Positions 17,158-28,002 of a stretch of DNA of 64,000 bases are shown piece after piece. Numbering within the stretch: position 1 is the first letter of the stretch; the number at the start of each line of letters is the position of its first letter. The position numbers and the translations under genes are program-made. A model generated the notes under the pieces. It worked only from the letters and a program-made list of their open reading frames with translations. It was not told where the DNA came from and did not search any database. The DNA lies in the IMG/VR virus record IMGVR_UViG_3300042453_005404, positions 186,001 to 250,000 of that record; one strand, written 5' to 3'.

Positions 17158-18366
17158 ATGACAACACGTTACAACATTCCATATCAAGAAGGTAAAGCTC
17201 AGTTAGATACTGGCTATGATCTTCAAAACAACGATCCTTCAACATTTTACATACCTTCATGTGGCATTGAAGACGTTGATGCAGCTATGCACGCTTTGTT
17301 CGACAAAGATATACCGTTTAAAACGTATCAAGCAAACACAACCTATGAAAAAGAAATCAACTTAAAAAAACCATTTGTTGTGTTGGCAACAGGTGAAAGA
17401 TTTGCTCTTGCAAAGCGTTTAAAGCCTTTTAGAGATCGAGCGGGTGTATTACTACTTCCAGCTATATCAATCCGCAGAACAACTATTGAACAAGCTTCTG
17501 GTGACACATTTGTTGGAGAGCTTACAATCAAACGTAGATTAGATGCATCTGATAAAGATTACCAATCACTTATCAATCGCTTGCTTTTAAAAAACGTTCC
17601 CAATCCTCCTGATACAACAAGAGGCAATAAAGGTGAAAACCAAAATGATCCTTCTATTCGTGAAGGAATGCTTTTAGACAACAAAACAAATCGTTTAAGA
17701 GCCGATCACATCTATGAGATTATCGCAATACCTTTTCCACAGTTTTTTACGGTGACTTATGAGATTGTGTTTTGGACCAACTACACGCAACATATGAACT
17801 ATTTGCTGGAAACAATGCTTGCAAGTCAGATTGTTCCCGGCAAAGGTTTTTATCTTAAAAGCGACAAAGGTTATTGGTTTTCTGCAACAGTTGACAGCGG
17901 TCTTACTGCTCAAGATAACTTTGACGATATTACCGATCAAGAAAGATTAATCAAGTACAGCTTTAACGTAACCGTTAGAGGTTATTTGTTGGCTCCGTCT
18001 GGCCCCGGACAAAAAGTTCCATTTAAACGTTATCTTTCGAACGTCAACATATCTTTTGAAACATATATCGCAGATGGAAATGTGTTAGAACAACCAGCTA
18101 TCAATCAATATAATGAAACCAAAAATGATTTCACAAAAGAAAATCCTTATGTGTTAACTGATATTGAGCAAGACCCAACAACCAAGCAAAAACCAACCGA
18201 ACAAGAAAAGCTGATATTTGAACGAGTATATCGTGATCCAACAAATCAAAACGTTAAGCAAACAAAGTACGTGAAACAAATGTCTAACAATCAAAAACAA
18301 GGCGAAACAGTTTATACAGCTTCTGACCAACAAGCTTTGTTTGATTTCTTTGTTGATAACGAGTGA
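17158..18366 (+). CDS. tail terminator/sheath stabiliser, T4 gp15-like
   Basis: IEDVDAAM, LLLPAISIRR, TVTYEIVFWTNY; immediately upstream of the sheath genes. Confidence 0.55.
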   Translation: MTTRYNIPYQEGKAQLDTGYDLQNNDPSTFYIPSCGIEDVDAAMHALFDKDIPFKTYQANTTYEKEINLKKPFVVLATGERFALAKRLKPFRDRAGVLLLPAISIRRTTIEQASGDTFVGELTIKRRLDASDKDYQSLINRLLLKNVPNPPDTTRGNKGENQNDPSIREGMLLDNKTNRLRADHIYEIIAIPFPQFFTVTYEIVFWTNYTQHMNYLLETMLASQIVPGKGFYLKSDKGYWFSATVDSGLTAQDNFDDITDQERLIKYSFNVTVRGYLLAPSGPGQKVPFKRYLSNVNISFETYIADGNVLEQPAINQYNETKNDFTKENPYVLTDIEQDPTTKQKPTEQEKLIFERVYRDPTNQNVKQTKYVKQMSNNQKQGETVYTASDQQALFDFFVDNE

Positions 18367-18445
18367 AACGGTGTCCTCGCAGGTAAACAGGTTTTCGGTA
18401 TCTATTTATGCCGTAGAACTTTAACCATAAAGTGAGGACAACATT

Positions 18446-21400
18446 ATGCCAGAAACAGTTTTAAAAGCCCCAAATTACTTTGATCGTGAGTTTGACTTAA
18501 CTGAACGAACGATTCCTGTGGGTGGAACTCCTGCAACCGTTATTGGTGGAGCAGAAAGAGGCCCAGCATTCGTACCAGTAACACTTGGTAGCTACACAGA
18601 TTTTGTTAATAAGTTTGGTGATGTAAATCCAAAATTTGTTGGCTCATATGGAGCCAAAGCATTTTTGGATGCAAAAGGAAGTGAACTTGCATCTGTCAAC
18701 TATATACGTATTCTTGGATGTGGTGCAAACAATACCTCGGTAGATATATCAACAACAGAAGCAGAAGGCACTGTTACAAATGCTGGTATGCAAGTTGTTG
18801 GAAACGGTACCGTGTTCGCTTCTGGGGCTCTTCAAGGACGTGTACAGTTTCTTGTTGGCAAACACGCAGTACAAACAAACGAAGTGTTTGGTATGCCAGA
18901 CTTTACCAACAACTCCAGCTATAACGTAAGTGGTTTCGGTGTAGACAATGACACCGTAAATCTTGTTCGTGCAGTTTTGTTCACAACCCCGGATTCACGC
19001 TTTCTTGTGTTGAGTGGTGCAGTTGATGCTGGTGGTGTATTCAACCCAACAGCTTATTTGTCTGCATTAGGCACCAATGAAGCGGCTCAAGTTGGTACCG
19101 AAGGACCAATGTCAGGTTTGTTTAAACTAGTTTTATCATGCTCTGCTGGTTCAAGCTTTGCTTCTGATGATGGTGTGGCTGGCCTTAAGATCTTTTCAGC
19201 TTCGCTCGATCCAACTTCAACACAATATGTTGGCAAGCTTTTAAACACAAACCCAGAAGATTTTGCATCAAAAAAACACTTGCTGTATTTGGATTACGCA
19301 GTTGATGCCGAGGTAGCCGCATTGTCGGCAAGTAACTCGGTTGCAACAGTTGCAGTGTTGTCGGGTTCCAGTAACACAAACAGTTTCGGCCACACATTTG
19401 GTAGAGCATTTGGTTTTTTCAACACACGTTTTAAAACACCAAAAACTTCATACTTTATCTCGCAACCATTTGGTGGAATTGAATATGATTTGTTTTATGT
19501 TGAAAGTCGTGACGATGGTGCGTTTGCCAACAGCAAATACAAAATCAGCATATCAAATATTCAAGCTTCAACAAATCCATCAACCAAATATGGATCGTTC
19601 ACTTTGTCTGTGAGAGCATTCAATGACACAGACGCAGAACCTCAAATCCTTGAACAGTTCAACAATCTTTCTCTTGATCCAGCCAGTGCCAATTACGTGG
19701 CAAGAGCAATTGGTGACAAGCGTACTCAATTCAACTTCGATGCAGTCGATTCAGATGATCGTGGAGTTGTCGTTCTTGGCAAATATGGCAACCGCAGCAG
19801 ATTTATTCGTGTTGTTCCAAGCTCACAACTTGAGAACGAGGAAGTACCAGAACTAGCTCTTCCATTCGGTTTCCGTGGTCATCAAATGCTTCTTACGAAC
19901 GTAGCACTGACTGACCAAACTGGTTCAGTGCCACTGAACCAAACCCGTATTTCTGGTGTTTCTGGAAGCCTTGCAGGTGGAGGTTGTGATTTGTCTGGGT
20001 CGATTGTTCCACCGGTTCCATATCGCTTTACAATCACCCGCAACCCACTTGCAAACACAGGAACAACATTTGGGGCTCCCGGCACACAAACAGTCCTAGA
20101 TGGTCGTCTTTACTGGGGTGTTAAGTTCGAACGCAATAACAACAATGTGCTAAACACGAACGTAAATGCAGAAATCAATCCAATTGTTGCGAACTTTTCC
20201 AAGTTCGCAGGCATCGAAAAACAAGAAGTATTGACTACTGGGTCTGCAAGCGATCTTTTGAACGATAATAAGTTCTCACTTGCGAGAGTTGCATTGAACG
20301 TAACTACGATGACGGCTGTGGCTTCAACAGACGTGCCAACATTGATGAAGTCTGCTGCATATCTTCGCAATGCAGAAATCGACCCAACCACGTATGCTGC
20401 AACAAACTTTAGCAACCGTTTGACCTTTGCATCGCTACTAAACAGTGGCAGTGCTGTGCAATATAACAACTTCTCAAATTATGCTAAGTTCACAACCTTT
20501 ATGCAAGGTGGATGGGATGGAGTTAACATCTTTGACAAGCAAGCAGCTAGATTCACCGATCAATCAACTTCTACCGAATCAGGAGCGGGTGGTGTATATG
20601 GTCTTGCAAATGCAAGCTATGTTTCTCCCGGTGCCCCAACAGCAACAAACTATACTGGTGTAGACTCTGCAAACCAAAACGTTGTTGCATATCGCACAGC
20701 ACTAGACATTGCAACCAACTCAAGCATTGCCAACAACAATATTCTTGCAACACCGGGACAACGTGATCCGCTTGTAACCAACTATGCTCTAGAGAAAAAC
20801 ACAAGCTACGGTTTGAGCTTTTATCTTCTAGACATTCAACCATATGACAAAGATAGCGTTCGTATCTTTGATGGTGAAGCAGGCCGATATGTGTCTATTG
20901 GCAAAACAACAAATTTGTTTTTAAATCGTGCTTTGGATAACAATGCCGCTGCTGCTTATTTCCCAAACATTGTTGTTGATGACACTGTTAACACTCGCCG
21001 TGTAACTCTCCCAGCTTCTATTGCAGCAATCTCTGCACTAAGCTACAACGACCGTGTTAAGTTCCCATGGTTTGCTCCAGCAGGATTTGATCGTGGTTCT
21101 CTAAACTTTGTTCTTCAAACATCTATCAGAGTTAACCAAACAGATCGTAACACACTTTATGATGCAAACATTAACCCAATTGTGAAGTTTCCCGGTGCAA
21201 ACTATGTGTTCTTCTCACAAAACACTCTACAACAAGCTGAAAGTGCTTTGGAAAGCATTAACGTTAAACGTATGATACTGGAAGTCAAACGTCAGATTGT
21301 TGCTATCGGCAATCGTTTGATCTTTGAACAAAACACTCCAGCACTACGCACACGTTTTGTTAGCGAAGCATCTTTGGTTCTTGCAACAGTCAAACTTCAA

Positions 21401-21562
21401 CAAGGCATCGAACAGTTCGCAGTTATCTGTGATGAACGGAACAACAGCGCAGAAGACGTTAACAGCAACCGTATGAATGCACAAATCAGAGTGCTTCCAA
21501 CAAGAGCAATCGAATACGTTGTAATGGATTTCGTTGTGTTGCCATCGGGAGTTGCATTGTAG
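18446..21562 (+). CDS. gp18: tail sheath protein 1
   Basis: GGAERGPAFVPV, FGDV, PWFAPAGFDRG, LYDANINPIVKFP, INVKRMILEV, PTRAIEYV. Confidence 0.92.
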   Translation: MPETVLKAPNYFDREFDLTERTIPVGGTPATVIGGAERGPAFVPVTLGSYTDFVNKFGDVNPKFVGSYGAKAFLDAKGSELASVNYIRILGCGANNTSVDISTTEAEGTVTNAGMQVVGNGTVFASGALQGRVQFLVGKHAVQTNEVFGMPDFTNNSSYNVSGFGVDNDTVNLVRAVLFTTPDSRFLVLSGAVDAGGVFNPTAYLSALGTNEAAQVGTEGPMSGLFKLVLSCSAGSSFASDDGVAGLKIFSASLDPTSTQYVGKLLNTNPEDFASKKHLLYLDYAVDAEVAALSASNSVATVAVLSGSSNTNSFGHTFGRAFGFFNTRFKTPKTSYFISQPFGGIEYDLFYVESRDDGAFANSKYKISISNIQASTNPSTKYGSFTLSVRAFNDTDAEPQILEQFNNLSLDPASANYVARAIGDKRTQFNFDAVDSDDRGVVVLGKYGNRSRFIRVVPSSQLENEEVPELALPFGFRGHQMLLTNVALTDQTGSVPLNQTRISGVSGSLAGGGCDLSGSIVPPVPYRFTITRNPLANTGTTFGAPGTQTVLDGRLYWGVKFERNNNNVLNTNVNAEINPIVANFSKFAGIEKQEVLTTGSASDLLNDNKFSLARVALNVTTMTAVASTDVPTLMKSAAYLRNAEIDPTTYAATNFSNRLTFASLLNSGSAVQYNNFSNYAKFTTFMQGGWDGVNIFDKQAARFTDQSTSTESGAGGVYGLANASYVSPGAPTATNYTGVDSANQNVVAYRTALDIATNSSIANNNILATPGQRDPLVTNYALEKNTSYGLSFYLLDIQPYDKDSVRIFDGEAGRYVSIGKTTNLFLNRALDNNAAAAYFPNIVVDDTVNTRRVTLPASIAAISALSYNDRVKFPWFAPAGFDRGSLNFVLQTSIRVNQTDRNTLYDANINPIVKFPGANYVFFSQNTLQQAESALESINVKRMILEVKRQIVAIGNRLIFEQNTPALRTRFVSEASLVLATVKLQQGIEQFAVICDERNNSAEDVNSNRMNAQIRVLPTRAIEYVVMDFVVLPSGVAL

Positions 21563-21600
21563 TTTGTAAAACCTGTTATATTGCAGTTAATCATGAAAGA

Positions 21601-21634
21601 AAAAACTGCTGCTGAAAGGCAGCAGTTTTTTTTT
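21601..21634 (+). terminator. intrinsic terminator between the two sheath genes
   Basis: AAAAACTGCTGC-t-GAAA-g-GCAGCAGTTTTTTTTT. Confidence 0.85.
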
Positions 21635-21677
21635 ATTCTTCTATTTATCGTTAACGTTTGATATACGGAGATAAAAC

Positions 21678-24600
21678 ATGGCATTATTAAGCCCCGGCGT
21701 ACTAGCAAGAGAATTTGACATCAGTCAGCCAAGAACAACAACACCTTCTGGTGTTCCTGCTTTGGTTATTTCTACAACAACCAAAGGCCCAGCGTTTGTT
21801 CCAACCATGGTTACAACATTGTCACAATACGTATCAGTGTTTGGAGGAGTGAATGCTAACACACCATTAGGCTATCTTTCTGCAAGAGAATGGTTTGGGA
21901 ACACAGGCGTTCCTCTTATGCAGCTTAGAGTGCTTGGAGCTGGCCAAGGCTTGGCACGTAACGCAAATGGTACTGTGACTGACGCAGGCTTTATTGTTGG
22001 TGCTCAACAGCCAAGCGGATCTGGCGGGGCTCTGGGAGATAACGTGTTTGCAAACGCTACAGGTGTAACCGGGTCTGTATATATGCTTGGTTGCTTTATG
22101 AGCGAATCATTAGATTCAACATATCTTTCTGATGCAGGATTGCAAAACGATACAACGGCGGTACCAATCATTCGTGGTGTGTTGTTTGCTCCATCTGGTG
22201 TTGTTCTTCGTTTGTCTTCCGCAGCGCAGCCATCAAATGCACCCGCTTCAAACTTTGTTGCGACTGAAACTAGCTTTTCTGGTGGATTCACTGGGTCTGT
22301 TTCTTTAAGCGCCGGTCAACAAAACTTTGTAATGATTCTTAACGGCCATAAAGGAACAGATCTACGCTATCCAAATGCAATCACTGCCAGCTTTGACCCA
22401 CAAGCCGTCAACTATTTTCCAAGTGTATTCAATACCGATCCTCTTAAAACTCAAGAAGCTGGCCACTTGTTATATGCAAGCTTTGATGTTTATTCTGCAA
22501 TAGCAGTACCAACTGGTTCTGGTATAATCGAAGCAGCTAGCGGATCAGCTTTTGGAACCTTGCAAAATATTGCATTTATTGTTCCTTCTTCTGGTTCTGC
22601 TGCAACACACACATCGAATGTAGGTTCTAGCATTACACCAAACTTTGAAGGATTTGAAGATCGTTACGGTCACGCTTTTTCTCCTTGGGTGATATCGCAA
22701 GGATTTGGTGGAGTTCCACAAAATCTTTTCCGTTTTCATCATCTTTCGGCTGGTGAATCAGGAAACGGCGATGTAAAGATATCAATCACGAATATTCAAC
22801 CGGGAACGGCAACAAGTCCATATGGTGTGTTTACAGTGCTTGTCAAATCGATGACCGGATTGGATGGAGATGGAGCCTTGGAAACGTTTACCAATTGCTC
22901 GCTTGATCCAAGTTCACCAAACTATATCGCTCGTAAGATTGGTACCATTAACACGTTTTTTAACTTTGATACCGATGTTGCTTCACAAAAAGTAACAACA
23001 GATGGATCATATCCAAACAAATCAAATTATGTTCGTGTTGAAGTTGCTGATGCTGTTGATGCTGGTGAAATCGATCCTTCGGCTATGCCGTTTGGTTTCC
23101 GAGGCCCTCAACACCTTGTCACGCAAGGTTCGAGCTCTCTTTACAACATTAAACAAGGAGACTTGACAAATCCAGCTTTCCCATACTTCTCAAATCTTGC
23201 TGGTGGTTCTGGAGGCGGTGTGCCTCTATACAAAGCATCTCAACCACCAGTTCCAATGCGCCTAAACCTTAAGAAGCTTGCTGCTTCTTCTGGTGTTGAT
23301 ACAGGACTTTATTGGGGCGTGCAGTTCGAAAACGTAACAAGTCTTTCTGATCCAAACGGCAGCAATATATTCAATCCAAGCTTGCTTGGATATAGCAGAT
23401 ACTTTCCAAATCTTGTAGGATCAACAAACGTACAACCAGCGGTATTTGACAACAACGGTTCTGCTACAACTACCGCAAATGGAATCGTTGATTCCGATCT
23501 CTTTAACAATAACCTTTTCTCTCTAGAAAAGGTTAAGATTGTTACAGGTTCGGGTGATCGTCCAAACACCACCACCGCTGCTCTTCTAAGCTGGAGTTAC
23601 GTTCGTGCGGGTGGTATTGCCGCAGATGAAGCTACAAAAACAAGAGCGTTGTCTGTAAATGATCTTGTGGAAAACGCAGCGGTACAAACACTTGCCAAAT
23701 TTAGCTTTTATCTTGAACGTGGTTTTGACGGCGTAAGAATCTTTAACCCAGACACACGTTATCTTAAGAACGCTGCGGTGGCTCAAGAAATCACACAAAC
23801 AACTCGTGGTTTAACAAATGGTCCAACGGTTAGAAGCTATTTGAAGAGCATTGACATTATCTCAGATGTAAACGATGTTAACATTCAACTTCTTACAATA
23901 CCCGGCATACGTGATCGTTATGTCACCGACACAGCAATCGCCGCTGTAGAAAATGATCGATTTGATTGTTTCTATATCATGGACCCAGAACAATACGATG
24001 TAAACGGAACGTCAATCACAGGTTCATATGAAACTGTAAACGTTTCACAAACAGCAGCAGCGTTTGTTGCCCGTGGAGTTAACTCAAGTTTCGTTGCAAC
24101 TTACTTCCCAGATGTAAACATTGTTGGACCAACTGGTACAGTTTATGAAAAGGTACCACCATCTGTTGCAGTTCTTGGTGCGTTTGCTAAGAACGATACA
24201 GTTGGTCAACCATTCAATGCACCAGCAGGCTTTACAAGAGGCACGCTAACTAACGTAACAGATTTTGCTGTATCACTCAACCAAGCCAACTCTGATATCC
24301 TTTACGTGGCAAGATTGAATCTTCTTCTTTCCAAATCAGGCGTTGGTCCAGTTGTTTGGGGTCAAAAAACTCTACTCAACAAAGACAGCTTGCTTAACAG
24401 AGTTAACGTAAGAAGACTTTTGATCGCAATTCGTCGTGATGTGCGTGCGGTTGCAACACGCTTCTTGTTCGAACCAGCACAGTCTTCAACGCTTGCAGCA
24501 TTTAATGCAGCAGTTCAACCAATCATGGCACGTTACCAATCTGCTGGTGGTGTAGAAAAATACAAAGTTGTTATTGACACAACAACTACAACACAAGCCG

Positions 24601-24710
24601 ATTTGGACAACAAAACTCTGCGTGGAAAGATTTTCCTAATCCCAACCACATCTCTAGAGTTCTTCACAATCGACTTCTTTGTTACAAATCGTGACAGCTT
24701 CGTTGGTTAA
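21678..24710 (+). CDS. gp18: tail sheath protein 2
   Basis: LLSPGVLAREFD, TTKGPAFVPT, APAGFTRG, VVWGQKTL, RVNVRRLL, PTTSLEFF. Confidence 0.92.
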   Translation: MALLSPGVLAREFDISQPRTTTPSGVPALVISTTTKGPAFVPTMVTTLSQYVSVFGGVNANTPLGYLSAREWFGNTGVPLMQLRVLGAGQGLARNANGTVTDAGFIVGAQQPSGSGGALGDNVFANATGVTGSVYMLGCFMSESLDSTYLSDAGLQNDTTAVPIIRGVLFAPSGVVLRLSSAAQPSNAPASNFVATETSFSGGFTGSVSLSAGQQNFVMILNGHKGTDLRYPNAITASFDPQAVNYFPSVFNTDPLKTQEAGHLLYASFDVYSAIAVPTGSGIIEAASGSAFGTLQNIAFIVPSSGSAATHTSNVGSSITPNFEGFEDRYGHAFSPWVISQGFGGVPQNLFRFHHLSAGESGNGDVKISITNIQPGTATSPYGVFTVLVKSMTGLDGDGALETFTNCSLDPSSPNYIARKIGTINTFFNFDTDVASQKVTTDGSYPNKSNYVRVEVADAVDAGEIDPSAMPFGFRGPQHLVTQGSSSLYNIKQGDLTNPAFPYFSNLAGGSGGGVPLYKASQPPVPMRLNLKKLAASSGVDTGLYWGVQFENVTSLSDPNGSNIFNPSLLGYSRYFPNLVGSTNVQPAVFDNNGSATTTANGIVDSDLFNNNLFSLEKVKIVTGSGDRPNTTTAALLSWSYVRAGGIAADEATKTRALSVNDLVENAAVQTLAKFSFYLERGFDGVRIFNPDTRYLKNAAVAQEITQTTRGLTNGPTVRSYLKSIDIISDVNDVNIQLLTIPGIRDRYVTDTAIAAVENDRFDCFYIMDPEQYDVNGTSITGSYETVNVSQTAAAFVARGVNSSFVATYFPDVNIVGPTGTVYEKVPPSVAVLGAFAKNDTVGQPFNAPAGFTRGTLTNVTDFAVSLNQANSDILYVARLNLLLSKSGVGPVVWGQKTLLNKDSLLNRVNVRRLLIAIRRDVRAVATRFLFEPAQSSTLAAFNAAVQPIMARYQSAGGVEKYKVVIDTTTTTQADLDNKTLRGKIFLIPTTSLEFFTIDFFVTNRDSFVG

Positions 24711-24761
24711 AACGTAGTAAATAATACTAGTTAATAGATAGAAAAATAGGAGTTAACTAAA

Positions 24762-25253
24762 ATGGCACAAACACTATCAGTAACAGAAATGCTTCCAGCT
24801 AAGTTTACACCAATGATGAAACGTCAGTTTGTCTTCGCTATTGAAGGCATTGACGCATTCTTGGTGAAAACAGCAGCAAGACCAGAAATCACCACCGAAG
24901 AAGTACCAATCAACTGGATCAACAGCACACGTTATGTTGCCGGTAAAACAACCTTTGGTACGCTTGCTGTAACCCTTCACGATCCAATCGCTCCTTCCGG
25001 TGCTCAACAAGTCATGGAATGGGTACGCCTTTGCTTTGAATCTGTGTCAGGCCGTGCAGGCTACCCAGACTTCTACAAACGTGACATTCAACTCAAGATG
25101 CTGGACCCAGTGGGTACAGTTATCCAACTTTGGGATATCAAAGGAGCCTTCTGCACAACAGCAGGCTTTGGTGATCTTTCATACGACTCCACCTCAGATA
25201 TGGCCGAAATCTCGCTAACAATCCGCTTCGACAACTGCGTAATGCAATACTGA
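24762..25253 (+). CDS. gp19: tail tube protein, T4 gp19-like
   Basis: RYVAGKTTFGTLAVTLHDPIAPSGAQQVMEWVR, YKRDIQLKMLDPVG, WDIKGAF, ISLTIRFD. Confidence 0.93.
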   Translation: MAQTLSVTEMLPAKFTPMMKRQFVFAIEGIDAFLVKTAARPEITTEEVPINWINSTRYVAGKTTFGTLAVTLHDPIAPSGAQQVMEWVRLCFESVSGRAGYPDFYKRDIQLKMLDPVGTVIQLWDIKGAFCTTAGFGDLSYDSTSDMAEISLTIRFDNCVMQY

Positions 25254-25297
25254 TATCAATCAGTTTATATTCTAAAAAATATATGTCATAATAAGGT

Positions 25298-25648
25298 ATG
25301 ACAAACACTGATTTGGTTATTTCCAACTATTTTTCTTGGAAGACATTTTCAACTCTAGAAGTTCTTCGCTATAAATTTCAAACATTTTTGCTTGAAATAC
25401 TTTGCAGATATATTGACTGTCATTGTTGGAGTATAGAGTATTCTAATTGGGAACTTTCGGAAATTAAAACAATCGAAAGCTTTAAAAAACACAACGTCAG
25501 AATGTTAAAATGCGATTTTTGTATGATCAAAAAAACATATACCGAAGTTGAAGACTCTTTAACAGCAAGTGAAATCAGTATTTACAATCATCAAGTTAAA
25601 AAAAGTTTTAAAAACCACCAACTTGAATACTTATCGAAAGAGGTTTAG
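25298..25648 (+). CDS. hypothetical protein
   Basis: ORF track only; AAGG RBS. Confidence 0.5.
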   Translation: MTNTDLVISNYFSWKTFSTLEVLRYKFQTFLLEILCRYIDCHCWSIEYSNWELSEIKTIESFKKHNVRMLKCDFCMIKKTYTEVEDSLTASEISIYNHQVKKSFKNHQLEYLSKEV

Positions 25649-25649
25649 T

Positions 25650-26747
25650 ATGAATTATTCCAAATACGTTAATCAGCGAAAGCAAAATGAGCTAAATAAG
25701 ATAAAAGTTATTTTGCAAAGAGCAAAAAAAGACTCGTTGTTTATAACTGAAAGCTCAGATTTGAGAAAAATTAAGAAGAAAATTCTACCGAAAGTAAATC
25801 AATCTATCAAAAGATACTATGCTCTCTCTCTCATGGAAAGAGAATTCAAAACTCTTCGTTCTCTGAAAGAAGGTTTAAATTATCTTGGAGACGAAGAAAA
25901 AAAAGCTTTGACAATTGTGGACGCTTTAGAAAAATTGCAAAAAGTAACTAAAGGTACAGAGATTGGCAACTTCATCAAAAATTATTTTGCGGACTTGATT
26001 TCTAGTTTTGATAAGCTGAGAAATGTGGAAGACTTTTCTGCTAAACCAGTCGATAGCAAATTTGCACGCAATCGTGGTGGAACTGCTGGTTATGGAGGTG
26101 GTATGTCCCTTGGTACCGCTGGGATAATGAGAGAAGTTTTCGGCTCGCCTCCTTCCGCTAGCCGCCGCACCGCACGGCTGCCAATACCTCAAGGTGGCAC
26201 TAATCGAGGTGTAGGGCCTACTCCGGCACCTGCACAAAACAAACCCATGTTTAAGGCAACCCCCGAAGACCTTGAGTACGAACGTCAGCAAAATATATCT
26301 CAAGATTTAGACCGTGCAATGCAAACATTTGAAAAAAAGCTTCCAATAGCTGAAAAATTTATATCTAAAATTTATGAATTATTCACAGACGAAGCAAAGG
26401 TTAAAACACTGTCAGCAAAAGCAGGATTTTTTAAGAGTCTCGTTCAAAACAAGAAAAGTATATTAACAAACACATTTGGAGAATTTGCCAAACTTGATCC
26501 AGAAAATCTTAATTTAGGTATTCTTGTTAATGAATTCGAAGAGAATCCAAATCTTGCACTTAATATTCGACGAACAGTAAGTTCGATGGAACAATTGATT
26601 GGAGACATACAATCTATTAAAAATATCACAACGCAAAAGATTGTACCGGGAATTAGAGACTATATAAAAAACTTGTGGTCTGCACCAACAACCCAAGATG
26701 TTAACCTATCTGGTGGTGGCATGATGACTAGACCAGCAAATAGATAA
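25650..26747 (+). CDS. hypothetical protein (start probably 25650)
   Basis: GAGG RBS and ATACTTAT motif at 25627; ITE, LME, LKE, MRE candidate cleavage sites. Confidence 0.7.
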   Translation: MNYSKYVNQRKQNELNKIKVILQRAKKDSLFITESSDLRKIKKKILPKVNQSIKRYYALSLMEREFKTLRSLKEGLNYLGDEEKKALTIVDALEKLQKVTKGTEIGNFIKNYFADLISSFDKLRNVEDFSAKPVDSKFARNRGGTAGYGGGMSLGTAGIMREVFGSPPSASRRTARLPIPQGGTNRGVGPTPAPAQNKPMFKATPEDLEYERQQNISQDLDRAMQTFEKKLPIAEKFISKIYELFTDEAKVKTLSAKAGFFKSLVQNKKSILTNTFGEFAKLDPENLNLGILVNEFEENPNLALNIRRTVSSMEQLIGDIQSIKNITTQKIVPGIRDYIKNLWSAPTTQDVNLSGGGMMTRPANR

Positions 26748-26801
26748 ATATTTTTATTTTCTTTCAAAAATAATGTATACTGAGTATGAAAGGAACTCAA
26801 T

Positions 26802-27659
26802 ATGCGTACTTTGAAAGTTTTTTATTCTCCTAGTCAATCGGTAATCAACAACAATTCTTTTTCTCCTTCGGCAGAAAAGCCAGAACACGTTGTAAATCAA
26901 TTCCTAAAGTCTGGCCGTGTGGATGTTATTTCTGAATGGAATCCTCTAAGTCGAACCGACATTTCCATTGCTCATAATCCTCAGTTTGTTGACGACATTC
27001 TAAATCTACGTCGTCCGAATGGATTTGGAAACAAACTGGCTTCTGTGGCAGCTAGCCTGCCTTATACAGCAGGAAGCTTTTTTCATGCGGCAAAGTATGC
27101 AGTAGAAAATAACACAGTCGCAATGAGCCCTACAAGCGGTTTTCATCATAGTTGTTATAATGCTTGTGGTGGATTCTGTACGTTTAATGGTCTTATGATT
27201 GCAGCTTTACTTCTTTGGAGAGATCACGGTGTCAACAAAGTTGGCATCATTGATTTTGATGCTCACTATGGAAATGGAACTGCGGACATTATTGACGAAA
27301 TTGAAGGTGCTAATGATCTTGTTGAGCATCTTACTTTTGGTGCCTTTGCCCACCCCCACAATGATTTCGATATTTGGCTAAACAGGTTGGAAACTGAGTT
27401 GATTGAACAATTCAACGAATGCGAGATTCTTTTCTATCAAGCTGGTGCTGATCCTCACATTGAAGATCCGCTTGGTGGCTATCTTACCACCAAGCAAATG
27501 AAGCGCCGTGACGAAATCGTTTTCAAGGTTGCCAAGAAGCTTAACAAGCCTATTGTGTGGAACCTAGCGGGCGGTTATCAGACTCCTCTTCAAAAGGTTT
27601 TGGATATTCACAACAACACCCTGCAAGCTTGTTTGGAATACTACGTCGATGCAACGTAA
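26802..27659 (+). CDS. histone-deacetylase-family (Zn-dependent amidohydrolase) protein
   Basis: SGFHHS, GGFCTFNGL, IIDFDAHYGNGT, YQAGADPH, LAGGY. Confidence 0.92.
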   Translation: MRTLKVFYSPSQSVINNNSFSPSAEKPEHVVNQFLKSGRVDVISEWNPLSRTDISIAHNPQFVDDILNLRRPNGFGNKLASVAASLPYTAGSFFHAAKYAVENNTVAMSPTSGFHHSCYNACGGFCTFNGLMIAALLLWRDHGVNKVGIIDFDAHYGNGTADIIDEIEGANDLVEHLTFGAFAHPHNDFDIWLNRLETELIEQFNECEILFYQAGADPHIEDPLGGYLTTKQMKRRDEIVFKVAKKLNKPIVWNLAGGYQTPLQKVLDIHNNTLQACLEYYVDAT

Positions 27660-27969
27660 GAAGCGTACTGGGGAAACCTTGAAAAAGGTTTCTTGTGAAA
27701 TTTGCTCGTTCAACAATCCTGCCGCTCTTCATATTCATCACATAATCCCACGCTGCGATGTTAGGTGTACCAACAACCTAACTAACTTGGCAGTATTGTG
27801 CCCGACATGCCATAACCTTGTACATACGGGAGATATCACCATTGTTGGTGTTTATAGCAGCACAAAAGGCCGACAATTAATGTTCTTTCGTAAAGGTCAA
27901 GAGCCTCCAATGGAGCGTAAGTTTTGGAAAATATTGCCCGAGGATAATCCACACGTTTTACGCAAGTAG
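27649..27969 (+). CDS. HNH endonuclease
   Basis: CEIC...LHIHHIIP...NLAVLCPTCHNLVH. Confidence 0.88.
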   Translation: MQRKKRTGETLKKVSCEICSFNNPAALHIHHIIPRCDVRCTNNLTNLAVLCPTCHNLVHTGDITIVGVYSSTKGRQLMFFRKGQEPPMERKFWKILPEDNPHVLRK

Positions 27970-27973
27970 CTAC

Positions 27974-28002
27974 TACTTATGAGCAAAGGTGTAAACGCAT
28001 GA
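27974..28002 (+). repeat. 29-bp 5' leader repeated at 37627-37655 (one mismatch)
   Basis: TACTTATGAGCAAAGGTGTAA(A/G)CGCATGA, each copy ending at a start codon. Confidence 0.9.
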
